Shown here piece after piece: positions 28,003 through 41,361 of a stretch of 64,000 bases of DNA. The position numbers and the translations under genes were made by a program. The notes under the pieces were generated by a model. The model did no database searches. It was not told the DNA's origin and saw only the letters and a list, made by a program, of their open reading frames with translations. Position 1 is the first letter of the stretch; every line of letters starts with the position of its first letter. This stretch comes from Eledone cirrhosa (Eukaryota): assembly GCA_964016885.1 (NCBI GenBank), contig OZ024760.1:11408001-11472000 (forward strand). Reading direction: 5' to 3'.

Positions 28003-28607
28003 GCACAGATAAAAGTTTAAGGGTGAAAGCAGAAATTGCTTGCTAAAACTTTAATCTGTGCTAATAATAAACATTTTCTCCGCTGCTGTATATATACTTA
28101 TATATGTACAACCCTCTCTGGATTTTGTCTTTGTATATATATATGTGTGTGTGTGTGTGTATGTGTATGTAAGTGTGTGTGTGTGTCAGTGTGTATTTGT
28201 GTCAGTATGGGCGTTGAGTGAGGATTGAGAAAAGAGTAAAATAAAGAAAAAGACAAGACAGTAAAAACCCTGCCCAAAGATAACACCTTATTTCGTCGGA
28301 CATTTTGTTCTTTTCTTATCTTGTCGTAAGGACAATAAAACTTTCGTGGTTCACCGTGGTGTATCATTAAGTTGATAACGATGTATTCCTGGGATCAAAC
28401 CAACAAAGATGGCAGCGGATTTTATTGTAGGTCGATAATATAGAAATATATATACAATATATACATACATACGTTCATATGACGTATATATGTACGTACG
28501 TACATACTACATTGGTACATACATTCGTACATACGTGCATACACACACACATACACACATTCATACATACATACATACATACATACATACATACATACAT
28601 ACATACA

Positions 28608-28638
<31 letters not shown>

Positions 28639-28736
28639 GTACGTATGTATATATACATATATTCATACACACATTCGTACGTACGCACACACATATATGC
28701 ATACACACTCACATAGACACATACACACATAGATAC

Positions 28737-28767
<31 letters not shown>

Positions 28768-28813
28768 CATACATACATACATACATACATACATACATAC
28801 ATACATACATACA

Positions 28814-28846
<33 letters not shown>

Positions 28847-28948
28847 GGTGGCCGGACCATAAAGACATCATTCTGATTGTGTCATTGCTACGTTGCTAAT
28901 TACATACTTCCGGGATAAGATCTACGGTTGATAAACTATATATACATG

Positions 28949-28996
<48 letters not shown>

Positions 28997-29299
28997 TATT
29001 TATATATATATATAGGATCCTATCTGCCGTTGCTATCTATCTATACTACCACACCCACCACCAACGATAACAACAACAACAGTTCCATCACCACGCCAAC
29101 CACGACCACTAAAAACAACAACACTACCACCACCACCAACACTAACACCTCTACTACTACCACCACTTCCATTACTCCAACTAACTGTCGTCAGATCTAC
29201 AGTTGTTAACTCCGAGGTCAAGTCAACAGTTGCTAACTACACTTCTAAGGTCAAATCTGACAATGCTAACAATTTATACCTCCCTAGCACCAGACAAAC

Positions 29300-31020
29300 G
29301 GTTGATAACTATACCTCTGGCAGCAGATTTTCATTTGTTAACGATATTTCTGGCACAAGGCCTAGAGTTGATAGCTATATTTCTGGTACTAGATTTACAG
29401 ATGCTAACGATATTTCTGGCACAAGGCCTAGAGTTGATAACTATATTTCTGGAACTAGATGTACAGATGTTAGCGATATTTCTGGCACAAGACCTAGAGT
29501 TGATACCTATATTTCTGGTACCAGATCTACACGTGTTGTGCAGGTTTCTGATACCAGATCTACAGTTGTTAAGTATGATTCTATTACCAGATCTACAGTT
29601 GTTAACTATATTTCTGATACCAGATCTACAGTTGTTAACTATATTTCTGGTACCAGATCTACAGTTGTTAACTATATTTCTGGTACCAGATCTACAGTTG
29701 TTAACTATATTTCTGGCACCAGATCTACAGTTGTTAACTATATTTCTGGTACCAGATCTACAGTTCTTAACTATATGTCTGGTACCAGATCTAGAGTTGT
29801 TAACTATATTTCTGGCACCAGATCTACATTTGTTAATTATATTTCTGGTACCAGATATACAGTTGTTAACTATATTTCTGGTACCAGATCTACATTTGTT
29901 AACTATATTTCTGGCACCAGATCTACAGTTGTTAACTATCTTTCTGGCATCAGATCTACAGTTGTTAACTATATTTCTGGTACCAGATCTACAGTTGTTA
30001 ACTATATTTCTGGCACCAGATCTACAGTTGTTAACTATATTTCTGGTACCAGATCTACAGTTGTTAACTATATTTCTGGCACCAGATCTACAGTTGTTAA
30101 CTATATTTCTGGTACCAGATCTACAGTTTTTAACTATATTTCTGGTACCAGATCTACAGTTGTTAACTATATTTCTGGTACCAGATCTACAGTTGTTAAC
30201 TATAATTCTGGCACCAGATCTACAGTTGTTAACTATATTTCTGGCACCAGATCTACAGTTGTTAACTATATTTCTGGTACCAGATCTACAGTTGTTAACT
30301 ATATTTCTGGCACCAGATCTACAGTTGTTAACTATATTTCTGGTACCAGATCTACAGTTGTTAACTATATTTCTGGTACCAGATCTACAGTTTTTAACTA
30401 TACTTCTGGTACCAGATCTACAGTTGTTAACTATATTTCTGGTACCAGATCTACAGTTGTTAACTATATTTCTGGCACCAGATCTATAGTTAACTATATT
30501 TCTGGTACCAGATCTACAGTTGTTAACTATATTTCTGGCACCAGATCTACAGTTGTTAACTATATTTAAGGCACCAGATCTACAGTTGTTAACTATATTT
30601 CTGGTACCAGATCTACAGTTGTTAACTATATTTATGGCACCAGATCTACAGTTGTTAACTATATTTATGGCACCAGATCTACAGTTGTTAACTATATTTC
30701 TGGTACCAGATCTACAGTTGTTAACTATATTTCTGGCACCAGATCTACAGTTGTTAACTATATTTATGGCACCAGATCTACAGTTGTTAACTATATTTCT
30801 GGTACCAGATCTACAGTTGTTAACTATATTTCTGGTACCAGATCTACAGTTGTTAACTATATTTATGGCACCAGATCTACAGTTGTTAACTATATTTCTG
30901 GTACCAGATCTACAGTTGTTAACTATATTTCTGGCACCAGATCTATAGTTAAGCATGTTTCCGATACCAGATCTACAGTTGTTAAGTATGATTCTGTTAC
31001 CAGATCTACAGATGCTTATA
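29300..31020. repeat. 33-bp minisatellite CCAGATCTACAGTTGTTAACTATATTTCTGG(T/C)A, roughly 50 copies
   Basis: Homogeneous core ~29580-30960 with more diverged copies at the 5' edge; explains the long repetitive ORFs. Confidence 0.97.
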
Positions 31021-31231
31021 TTTCTGGCAGCGATTATGGCGCTGCTGCTGCTGCTGCTGGTACTGGCGCTGTTGTTGTAGTTGGTATTGGTGGGGGTGCT
31101 GGTGGGGGTATTGGTGGGGGTGTTACCTATGATGATGGTAATGCTTATAAAATGCTTATAAAATTCCGATATTATAGATTATTTTGGTGGTGGTGGTAGT
31201 GGTGGTGGTGGTGGTAGTTTCAGTTGTGATG

Positions 31232-31291
<60 letters not shown>

Positions 31292-31402
31292 ATGGTAGGT
31301 TTAATCAACCGCCATGATACATGATTTCCAAGTCATAAAATTCCCACGCTGTTGTTGTGGTTATTGTTGTTGTTGCTATTGCTGTAGTAGCAGCAGCAGC
31401 AA

Positions 31403-31455
<53 letters not shown>

Positions 31456-32033
31456 CTGCTGGTGGTTGTGATGATGGTGCTGGTGGTGGTGGTGGTAGTG
31501 TTGGTGGTTGTGCTGATGGTGCTGGTGGTGGTGGTAGTGTTGGTGGTGGTGGTGGTGCTGCTGGTGGTGGTAGTGTTGGCGGTGGTGGTGGTGGTGGTAG
31601 TGGTGGTGGTGATGATGGTGGTGGTGGTGGTGGTGGTGGCTGTGGTGGTGGTGTTGGTGGTTGTAGTGTTGGTGGTGGTAGTGTTGGTGGTGGTAGTGTT
31701 GGTGGTGGTAGTGTTGGTGGTGGTGGTGGTAGTGATTGTCATGTTTTTTGTGATACATGAATTCTGGATCATAAAACCTCAGATGTGTAGTTATTAATGT
31801 TGTTCTTGTTGCGGTTGCTGCTGCTGCTGCTGCTGCTGTGACTTCTGTTGCTGCTGCCGCTGCTGCTGTTCATGGTGGTGATGTATGTTGTAGTGGTGTG
31901 ATCAGGGCCACTCCATGAAACCCCGGGCAGAGCAGCGACAGAGTTGAATCTTAGTAATATGATAAAGATATAAGAATTTCTACTTTGGTATTGAGAATCC
32001 ATTCTTCGTGCTTGTAACTTTAAAAGTACGTAC

Positions 32034-32078
<45 letters not shown>

Positions 32079-32082
<4 letters not shown>

Positions 32083-32203
32083 AACGAGTAGGACCCCGAC
32101 GGCTGAGCTCAAGCCGTTTCGACGGCTCCCACTCTACTACCCTAAGTATTGAGTACTTTGGTGCGTTATGGTCCACCTGGTTCCTTACCACATTTCCTTT
32201 GTT
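32079..32203. mobile_element. Family A copy (inverted 5' segment plus forward 3' tail)
   Basis: GGAACGAGTAGGACCCCGACGGCTGAGCTCAAGCCGTTTCGACGGCT joined to CCCACTCTACTACCC... Confidence 0.75.
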
Positions 32204-32210
32204 ATATATT

Positions 32211-32279
<69 letters not shown>

Positions 32280-32974
32280 GTCCTCTTCCATCATCATTTG
32301 AATTTATCTGAAGAGATGCATGTGGGATAATCCCTGATAGTATGAAGTAGGTAATTATATAATAATCCAGATTTCATAGGCCCATTATTGATTTAATTTG
32401 AAACACGTGTGCGAATCACCAATAATTAATCAATGAATTACTGAGCAATAAAACAATTTCCCTCATTGTTTCTACAACCCTGACTGAATGTGGGTTTTAT
32501 CGACCCCATTATTTACTTGGTACTTTATTTTATCGAACTCGGAAGGATTTGAACTCACAACATAAAAAGCTGGATCCAATACCACAGAATACGTACATGA
32601 TGGCTGCCCCCTCGTTATCGAGTATGGCCACTGCACGATATAACATTATTAATAATTATCAATTAATGTTCTCGTGCAATGTCTGTGCGTGAAGATTTTT
32701 TTTTTTTTAAGTGAGGAAATTGCACTGAGCCAATCCCACTCTCTGGGCGACAGTTGCTATAACCCCCGAAAAGACGAAAAGATCAACATCATCGGTAACT
32801 ACTGAGCCACAGTTTTATGTCGGAGTTATCCCAGATTCCTGAGTGGACTTCTCCTGGAAGAATGCCCTGACAAAGCTAGGGGTACATACACGCATACATA
32901 CATATGCACATACATATATATCTTTATACATAAATATATACGTCATATATATATATATACATAAATATAAACGT

Positions 32975-33016
<42 letters not shown>

Positions 33017-33017
<1 letters not shown>

Positions 33018-33158
33018 CAAAGGAATTGTGGTAAGGAACCAGATGGACCATAACGCACCAGAGTACTCAATACTTAGGGTAGTAGAGTTGGAAATAGGAA
33101 AAAGTATGACCCCGACGACACGGCTTGAGCTCTGCCGTCGGGGTCATACTTTTTCCTA
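33017..33158. mobile_element. Family A copy, fold-back
   Basis: Minus-orientation tail plus the inverted arms GGAAAAAGTATGACCCCGACG / CGTCGGGGTCATACTTTTTCC. Confidence 0.75.
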
Positions 33159-33168
33159 TATATATATA

Positions 33169-33199
<31 letters not shown>

Positions 33200-33292
33200 C
33201 CATGTATACATACATACATAAATGTTCGTATAGTGTGTACTGAAACATATATACACATATATACACATACATATCTATATACATATATACAA

Positions 33293-33421
33293 CAATAATT
33301 GTTTCTACTTTAGGCACAAGGCCAGCAATTACCCAGTGCATTACTGGTACTTTATTTTATCGACCCCGTAAGGATGAAAGGCAAAGTTAACCTCGGCGGG
33401 ATTTGAACTCAGACCGTAAAG
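33293..33421 (-). mobile_element. tRNA-derived SINE (Meta-domain-like family), 5'-truncated
   Basis: Near identical to 56740-56893 and 57082-57266. Confidence 0.9.
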
Positions 33422-33461
33422 TCAATAATACATACATGTTTGTATATATGTATACATTGTC

Positions 33462-33526
<65 letters not shown>

Positions 33527-33612
33527 TATGTATGTGTATATATATATTTATATGTATGTGTATATATATATATATGTATATATATATGTGTGTATATATA
33601 TATATAGATATG

Positions 33613-33659
<47 letters not shown>

Positions 33660-33760
33660 ATGTGTATATATGTGTATTTAAGCTTCAGTACATTCTATAT
33701 CATATGATCGAAAGAGACATGACGCGTGCCATGCATGATGACAGATCGATATCGATGACA

Positions 33761-33795
<35 letters not shown>

Positions 33796-33796
33796 A

Positions 33797-33909
<113 letters not shown>

Positions 33910-33927
33910 ATATTAGTAGTAGTAGTA

Positions 33928-33991
<64 letters not shown>

Positions 33992-35416
33992 GGAGTGGTG
34001 GTAGTAGTAGTAACAGTAGAAGTAGGAGGAGGGGTATAGCGGTAGGGGGAGGGGTCACATCCTTAGGCTGTCTCCTGTAAGTAGGAACCTTCACATGTGA
34101 TGGGTCAACCTTCCACTGTGGATTGTCTCTTGTCATAGTAACAGTATTGTTGTTGTTGTTGGTGGTGGTAGTAGTGGTAGTAGTGGTGGTAGTGGTGGTG
34201 GTGGTGGTGGTGGTCGTCGTAGTGGTGGTGGTGGTGTGGTGGTCGTCGTCGTCGTCGTAATGGTGGTGGTGTGGTGTTGGTGGTGGCGTTGGTAGTAGTG
34301 GTGGTGGTGGTCGTGTGGTGGTCATGATCGTGTTGTTGGTCGTGATGGTGTTGGTGATGGTGATGGTGGTGATGGTGGTTGTGTGGTGATGGTGGTGGTC
34401 GTCGTGGTAATGGTGGTGCTGGTGATGGTCGTGGTCATGGCGGCCATCCTTATTACAGTTGTTGCAGCAGTTGTTGTTGTTGTTGTTAGTGTTGGTGGTG
34501 GTGGCAGGGTTGTTGTTACTGTTGTTGTTATTGATGGTGGTATTATTGTTGTTGTTGTTGGTAGTGGCGGTATTGTTGCTGTTGTTGCTGTTGTTATTGT
34601 TGTTGTGGGTTGTATTTAACGATTTAGTTGATGTCAGCCATTAGTGGTACTTCATAATGGTTACCGGAAACTGACGAGAGATGGCGGAAAGTAGCGAAGA
34701 AGGATCGTTGGGGAGGGAGGGGTGAGCAGAAGACAACAGCGATAAATTGAGAGAGTGGTGGGGGGGAGGGGAGCAGGAGACAACGGTGATATACTGAGGT
34801 AGTGATGGGGGAGAGGGGGAGAAGAAGCGGTACAAATATAAATACTTTAAAAACACGATTTAGGAGTTTATTGTTGTTAGTAGGAATATTATCGGTCTGA
34901 ACGGACGTCATTTTGCTCGCTCCCGTAAGTCTATTTATTTACCTGTCAAAACTTATTTATTGAATGTTTTGTTGTTGTTGTTGTTGTTGTGTAAGGGATA
35001 TAAGCCGTTGGACTTTTCCTTGTGAAGTGGAAAGTATAATATTTGATTAATATTTGAACATTTTACTTTTAAAAATTAAAAAAAAATATGGCTGAGCCAC
35101 GCCCCCCAACAATATGTCTGCTATCGTGTGACAACGGTGTAATAGTTGAGAGGAGGGGTACAGAAACTCGTACAACAAACACCACCACAAACAACGTGAA
35201 CAAACACAACAACACCGAGAACACTAATTTTTTTAAAATTACCACACCGACTACAACAATAACAGCAACAACCAGAATACAGAGAACAGAAAAAAATGAC
35301 AACAAATGCAACAACGATATTAACTCTAGTAATAAGAAAATAAACAACGACACACCACCAACAGCAACAATACAAATTGCACCGAAAACAACGTACCCCC
35401 CCCCCCCCCCCTAACA

Positions 35417-36662
35417 TTGACCAAAGTGGAGCGTCTTCTCTTCTGCTTTTTGTGGAAGGGACGTGCTCCCATGGTCAGACGATCCATTTTCTGTCAACAC
35501 CCGTTGCGTGGAGAACTAGGCATGCCGTGTCTGATGATGCGCAAACCTGCGCTGAGGCTGCGACATCTCTGGTGCTTCCTTGACGGTGAACAGGTATGGT
35601 CGCCGTTTGCCAGACGCGCTTTTCTCTAGCTCGTCTCCTTGACGGAGCTGCAGTCCTGGATCAGGAAAAGACTGAGGGACAGCGCTTGAAAGCTGGAATG
35701 TTTCCAAGCGCTCACCGCCCTCTACCAGCTGGGCACTAGTATCGGTGGAACATCCACTTTGGCGTTCTATAGAAGGCTAGTGGAGGGAAACAGCGACGAC
35801 GTTCTCGGGGAGACCCTGGGCGTCGAAGACAATCAGCTGTTCGCTCTCTTCAAGAGATCTTTCAGACCGGGGCCTATGGACAACTTCCAGAAATCCATGG
35901 CCTGGCAGTGCTACTAGCGTTGCCGGTTCGGGATAAGCTCTACAGGCACGGAGGTGTAGTCAGCCGAGCCTGTCCGAGATGCGTGCAGGGCGACGAAACC
36001 GTCTTGCACGCACTCGTTCAGTGCCCAAGTATTGCTGACTTGTGGAGCTATGTCGAACAGCTGCTGTCGCGTGTAGGACGGATCCGGTTATCGACTGAGT
36101 CGATTGTGCAGATAGCCCCGCCATCCTCCTTTAAAGAGGAGGGAGGGCAGGCAGTTTTCATCTGCCTGGTGGCCACGTCGAAAGAGACTGTGTGGTGGAC
36201 AAGGTTGAAAGGGTTGAAGACGGACACTTTCCTCTCCGGCCAATCCCTGATTAACTTTTTCAAGTTTCACTTGAAGAGTAAAGTCAGGGTGGAGAGGCAA
36301 GTGGTGTCTTCCAGTAAGTTTGTTGAAAGGTGGGTGAAAGTGGCGAGTCTGGTCCGAGTGAACGGGCCCGCTCTGAAGTATACGCCTGCAGACTAAGGAG
36401 TTGGAAAAGTGAGAGAGGGCGCTTGCCCTGGTGGTCAGGGTGGCCGTAGTCTTTTCTGTGGTTTTCACCACGAGTGACCCTCGGAGGTTTCCCCCTTTTT
36501 GGGGAATTTTTGTTGTTTGAATTTTCTTTTTTTTTTCTATCCCGATTTCTATCTTGTTATAACCTATTTACACGACCAAAACCCACTTTGTATCGTCATG
36601 TACTGCTCTGTGCCGTCTGTAATGTTTTTCTTCATGTTAGCCCTTGTGGCCAATAAAGAAAG
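35417..36662 (+). mobile_element. L1/Tx1-type LINE, 5'-truncated and pseudogenised ORF2 (post-RT region plus zf-RVT) with 3' UTR
   Basis: [50 protein letters not shown] and CPRCVQGDETVLHALVQC, with in-frame stops and a frameshift. Stop at 36396; terminus GCCCTTGTGGCCAATAAAGAAA. Confidence 0.92.
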
Positions 36663-36812
36663 CATTGTTAGTAGTAGTAGTAGCAGTAGTAGTAGCGATT
36701 ATTGTTGCTACTGTTGAGATTGAAGTCTAGCATCAGTTGGAGTATGATGGAAACGAAAACATGAAACTCATGTGACTCTGGTCTTCAGCTCCTCACGATG
36801 TCTACAGGTAGT

Positions 36813-36849
<37 letters not shown>

Positions 36850-37099
36850 ATATATGTGTGTGTGTGTATATATATGTGTGTGTGTGTATATATATGTGTG
36901 TGTATATATATGTATGTGTGTGTGTATATATATATGTATGTGTGTGTGTGTGTGTATATGTGTGTGTATATATATATATATGTGTGTGTGTGGTGTGTGT
37001 GTATATATATTATATATATATATATATATAATTCATATATAATATATAAAATATTTTTTTTATGTATATATAGAATATGTATGTTTGCGTGTATGTATG

Positions 37100-37144
<45 letters not shown>

Positions 37145-37223
37145 TTAGGTGGGTACCCTTTAAAGTACATAAATATGTGTGTGTGTGTGTAACTGTGTGT
37201 GTATATATATATATATATATACG

Positions 37224-37389
37224 TGAAGGCGCATGGCTGAGTGGTTAGAGAATTGGATTCACAATCTTGAGATTGTGAGTTCGATTCCTGGACCAGGCGA
37301 TGCGTTATGTCCTTGAGCAAGACACTTTATTTCACGCTGCTCCTTCTACCTGGAGTTGCGACCGATAGATAGTATTAGCAACTGGAAAG
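37224..37389 (+). mobile_element. tRNA-derived SINE with CORE-like domain, copy 1
   Basis: Box A TGGCTGAGTGG, box B GAGTTCGATTCC, then GTCCTTGAGCAAGACACTTT; nearly identical to 37875-38041. Confidence 0.85.
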
Positions 37390-37663
37390 TGAATGTTTAG
37401 TTGCCAACTCTGTGCAAGACATTTTAGATCATTGGACAGGCTAAAAAGACACATTCGATCGTAGGACCGTTAATTATTAATATATATATATTTTTTTGCT
37501 TTGGACTATATTTGTAATATAGTTCTTAATGTTATACACCTCCTTAGTGATTTTTATTATATATTTTTACCCATAATCTTGCAATACTTTAGTGTATGTA
37601 CACTCCATATTCTTCGGAGTTTCCGGCTTGTATTGGCCGATAATACTTCTTGTTGTTTTAATT

Positions 37664-37701
37664 GCCCTGATGAGTCCTTAATAGGACGAAACATTGTTGG
37701 C
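37664..37701 (+). ncRNA. Minimal type-I hammerhead ribozyme
   Basis: GCC-CTGATGA-GTCCT(TAAT)AGGAC-GAAA-C(ATT)G-T-T-GGC. Core intact, 5-bp stem II, 3-bp stem I, GUU triplet (possibly CpG decay of GUC). Confidence 0.75.
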
Positions 37702-37874
37702 TAATAAAAACTTTTGATGTATTGAAGGCTTCTTTGTTTTACTTTCATAATTCTTCGGCTCTGTTTAACTACATTGAGCTATACCTTTTACTGTCATTTC
37801 TATAATACAAAGAGGGTGTTTAACTCCAACACGCTCCAGTATTTTAACCCTTATATATATATATATATATATAT

Positions 37875-38041
37875 GTGAAGGCGTGTGGCTGAGTGGTTAG
37901 AGAATTGGATTCACAATCTTGAGATTGTGAGTTCGATTCCTGGACCAGGCGATGCGTTATGTCCTTGAGCAAGACACTTTATTTCACGTTGCTCCTTCTA
38001 CCTGGAGTTGCGACGGATAGATAGTATTAGCAATTGGAAAG
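37875..38041 (+). mobile_element. tRNA-derived SINE with CORE-like domain, copy 2
   Basis: As copy 1; both end at TGGAAAG. Confidence 0.85.
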
Positions 38042-38167
38042 ACCGACGAAAACATTGTTTCCTCGGTCCGATTTGACGAAAGTCGATCGACTCCTTTATA
38101 TATATATGTGTTCTTTTTTTTATCGTGCAATGGCCATACTCGATAACGAGGTTGCAGCCATCATATA

Positions 38168-38213
<46 letters not shown>

Positions 38214-38738
38214 AGGTCGGGTCTCCGGTAACTAAACCGGTAACCCCACCGAGCTTGCTTGCTTGCTGAGGAGGGTGAATTTGGACACCATGCGGGATGA
38301 AAAACAAAGCCCTTCAAAAGGGCAGAGGAACTCGGGAGAGTCAACGGCCATCCAAAAAGGTTCATTTTTAATTTTTTTTTTTTTTTCTGTGGCGCGAGAG
38401 ACTTTTAGTCTTCATTAAGACATCTCTCTGGAAGAAGGCCGCTCTGATATAAAACCTCCGACTTCGTTTGCAGCCAATGATGTAGACCAGTTCTTCTTTT
38501 GGGGCAAATGCATTCGATCTTCAAAGAGTGGGGTTGGCTTCGTGCAAAGCATTTCCTCACTTAAATAAAAGTTCAACTTCAGGCATCGCTTGATATGTGA
38601 CATTTCTTTTGGCAATGCGTGGTATTGCTGGCCATAGGGAAGCCCCTAGCAGGATTAAAAAGCCACGTCCGCGATGTTCATGCTTAATTATCAAGCGATG
38701 GCATTACTTGAAATCGCGTATCACGCACACGCACACGC

Positions 38739-38779
<41 letters not shown>

Positions 38780-39332
38780 TATATGTAAGTATCATATACA
38801 TATATATGTATGTGTATATATATATATATAGAGAGAGAGAGATATTTACATATATTAATATATATATATATGTGTGTGTGAGAGAGTGTGTGTGTGCGTG
38901 TGTGTTTCTTTCGTGTGTAATTCATGCATAAAAACCCTTCCAAACACTCACTATAAAGCCTCTACCATATTAATACTCCTATCTAAAGCAAACAGTTTCA
39001 ATATGTTTATCACGTTTTTTCAAGATCTGTCAGTAGCGTCGCCGTACTTATTGCGTGAGATTGTCAGGCTGTCATCTCTGTATAATCCAGAAGTATGGGG
39101 ACGAGCAATGATTACTCTGATATAGAGCTTATATATATGTGTGTGTGTGTGTGTGTGTAGCTTGTGTGTGTGTGTGTGTAGCTTGTGTGTGTGTGTAGCT
39201 TGTGTGTCTAGCTTATGTTTGTGTGTGTGTCTACCTTATGTTTGTATGCGTGTGTGCAAGCATGCACATATCTGTGTAAACACACACGTAAGTATATATA
39301 TATATGTGTGTGTGTATATATATATATGTATG

Positions 39333-39363
<31 letters not shown>

Positions 39364-39445
39364 ATATATATATATATATACGTAGGTTTATGTTTACATG
39401 TATACGTGCCTGTATGCAATGCACGTATACATGCATATATATACA

Positions 39446-39529
39446 TTTTCCTATTTCCCACTCTACTACCCTAAGTATTGAGTACTCTGGTGCGTTATGG
39501 TCCATCTGGTTCCTTACCACACTTCCTTC

Positions 39530-39531
<2 letters not shown>
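39446..39531 (+). mobile_element. Family A 3' tail fragment
   Basis: TTTTCCTATTTCCCACTCTACTACCCTAAGTATTGAGTAC...CCTTACCACACTTCCTTCGT. Confidence 0.75.
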
Positions 39532-39575
<44 letters not shown>

Positions 39576-39617
39576 CAATATATTAATAAATGGAAACTAT
39601 ATTTATAAAACCATAAT

Positions 39618-39682
39618 TATTTTATTATATATATTTCAAGGGCAACCAAGGCAGTCTTGGTGCGCTTTCATCAGATAAAATA
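39618..39682 (-). ncRNA. Type-I hammerhead ribozyme
   Basis: Minus strand TATTTTAT-CTGATGA-AAGCGCACCAAG(ACTGC)CTTGGTTGCCCTT-GAAA-TATATA-T-A-ATAAAATA. Perfect 8-bp stem I, intact core, palindromic stem III ATATATAT, AUA triplet. Confidence 0.85.
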
Positions 39683-40911
39683 CAAAATTTGTTTTATAAA
39701 TAGTGACATAACCGTGGAAAACAACCTTGACGATTGAAAATAGATGAATATATTGAATATTTACTCCACTAAAATGTTGTTGAGTGCTCTATATCAGTTA
39801 TAAACGTTTAAGTTTGTTGGAATCCCAAATATAACTTCTGTATATATATATGTATACATATACTAGCTACCATTTCAGGAAACAGTATTCCTTTAATAAA
39901 GTTGGCGTCGTCATGGTTGGACTGTTTTTGTTCATAATGCTACTACTACTACCAGTACTACTACTACTACTACCAGTACTACTACTACTACTACCAGTAC
40001 TACTACTACTACTGTCAATATTACTACTACTGATACAACCACCACTAACACTACTACTATTAGTACAACTACTGATACAACCACCACTCATATCACCACC
40101 TCCTACCACTACTACTACAACCCCTACTACTACTACCACCACTGCCACTTCTGCCACCACAACAACACCAACAACAACCACAACACCAACAACCACAACA
40201 CCAACAACCACAATACCAACAACCACAATACCCACAACCACAACCACCCACAACCACAACAACCCACAACCACAACAACCACTACTACTACCACTACTAC
40301 ATTACTACAACTAGTACTACCACCACCACTACAACCACCACAACAACAGTATTGTGAAATCTCACATTTATCTGTTCTCATTAACTGAATATTTGCTTTA
40401 AAATCTAGACTTTAATCGCTAATTAATACATAATTATTCAATTCCAATCAGACCCGTTTTCAGGAATAGCAGTAATTACTTAATTAGAAATCTTGATATT
40501 TTTTTTTTATTTTGATCTTTGTTTGTTTTTTTTTGTTTTCTGCTTCTGTTTTTTTTTTTTATTTATTATTTTTTTGTCAGTTTTATTTTCAATTTTAATA
40601 GATTTTCTAATTAGAGCTAAGGATTTTCAAGTCCTTTAAATTAGCGCTACACTGTTCCATATAGTTAATGTGGTGTAGTAACCCTAGGATAAGCTACACA
40701 CACTCATACACTAACACTCACACTATCTATCTCTCTATCTCTCACACACAGTCACACTCACACCCTCTCTCCCTATCTCATATACACTCTATCTCTCTCT
40801 CTCTCTCACACATTAGCTACACTGTTCCACACAGTTAATATGTGGTGTAGTAACCTAGGATAAGCCACACACACTCATTCACTAACACTCACTCTCATTC
40901 ACTAACACGCA

Positions 40912-40943
<32 letters not shown>

Positions 40944-41361
40944 CTTTCTCTTTCTATCTCTGTCACTTTATTTTTCTCTTTTTCTCTCTTTCTATCTCTT
41001 TCTATCACTCTTTCTATCTCTCTTTCTATCTTTCTTTCTATCTTTCTTTCTATCTCTCTTTATCTTTCTCTCTCTTTCTTTATTTCTCTTTCTCTTTATC
41101 TCTCTCTGTCTCTGTCTCTGTATCTGTCTCTGTATCTCACTCTCTCTCTCTCTCTGTCTCTGTCTCTGTCTCTCACTCTCTCTCTCTCTCTCTCACACAT
41201 TAACTACACTGCTCTGTATAATGTGCAGTAGAAACCCCAGGTTAAGCCGCATACGCTCACACACTAACACTCCCCCAAAAATAGCCTGCCTTGTTCCTCC
41301 ATTAGCAACCATTATAGACCTCATCATTTACCAACTTGTCTTTGACATTGAAATATAAAGG

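Noticed and set aside
29331-30956. 541-aa repeat protein (RNIVNNCRSGT)n and overlapping ORFs
   Set aside because: Consequence of a 33-bp satellite open in several frames; no unique coding flanks
32300-32420. CTGAAGA ... GAAACACGTGT long-stem hammerhead candidate
   Set aside because: Stem II base and stem I do not pair convincingly, and the cleavage position is G
34670-34700. CTGACGA...GAAA motif
   Set aside because: No stem II or stem I complementarity
37228-37300. tRNA gene
   Set aside because: Box A/B are present, but there is no complete cloverleaf and it continues into a SINE body in both copies
38214-38362. Possible RTE 5' UTR or HDV-like ribozyme
   Set aside because: GC-richer and reminiscent of a LINE 5' UTR, but I could not build the nested double pseudoknot and no ORF follows
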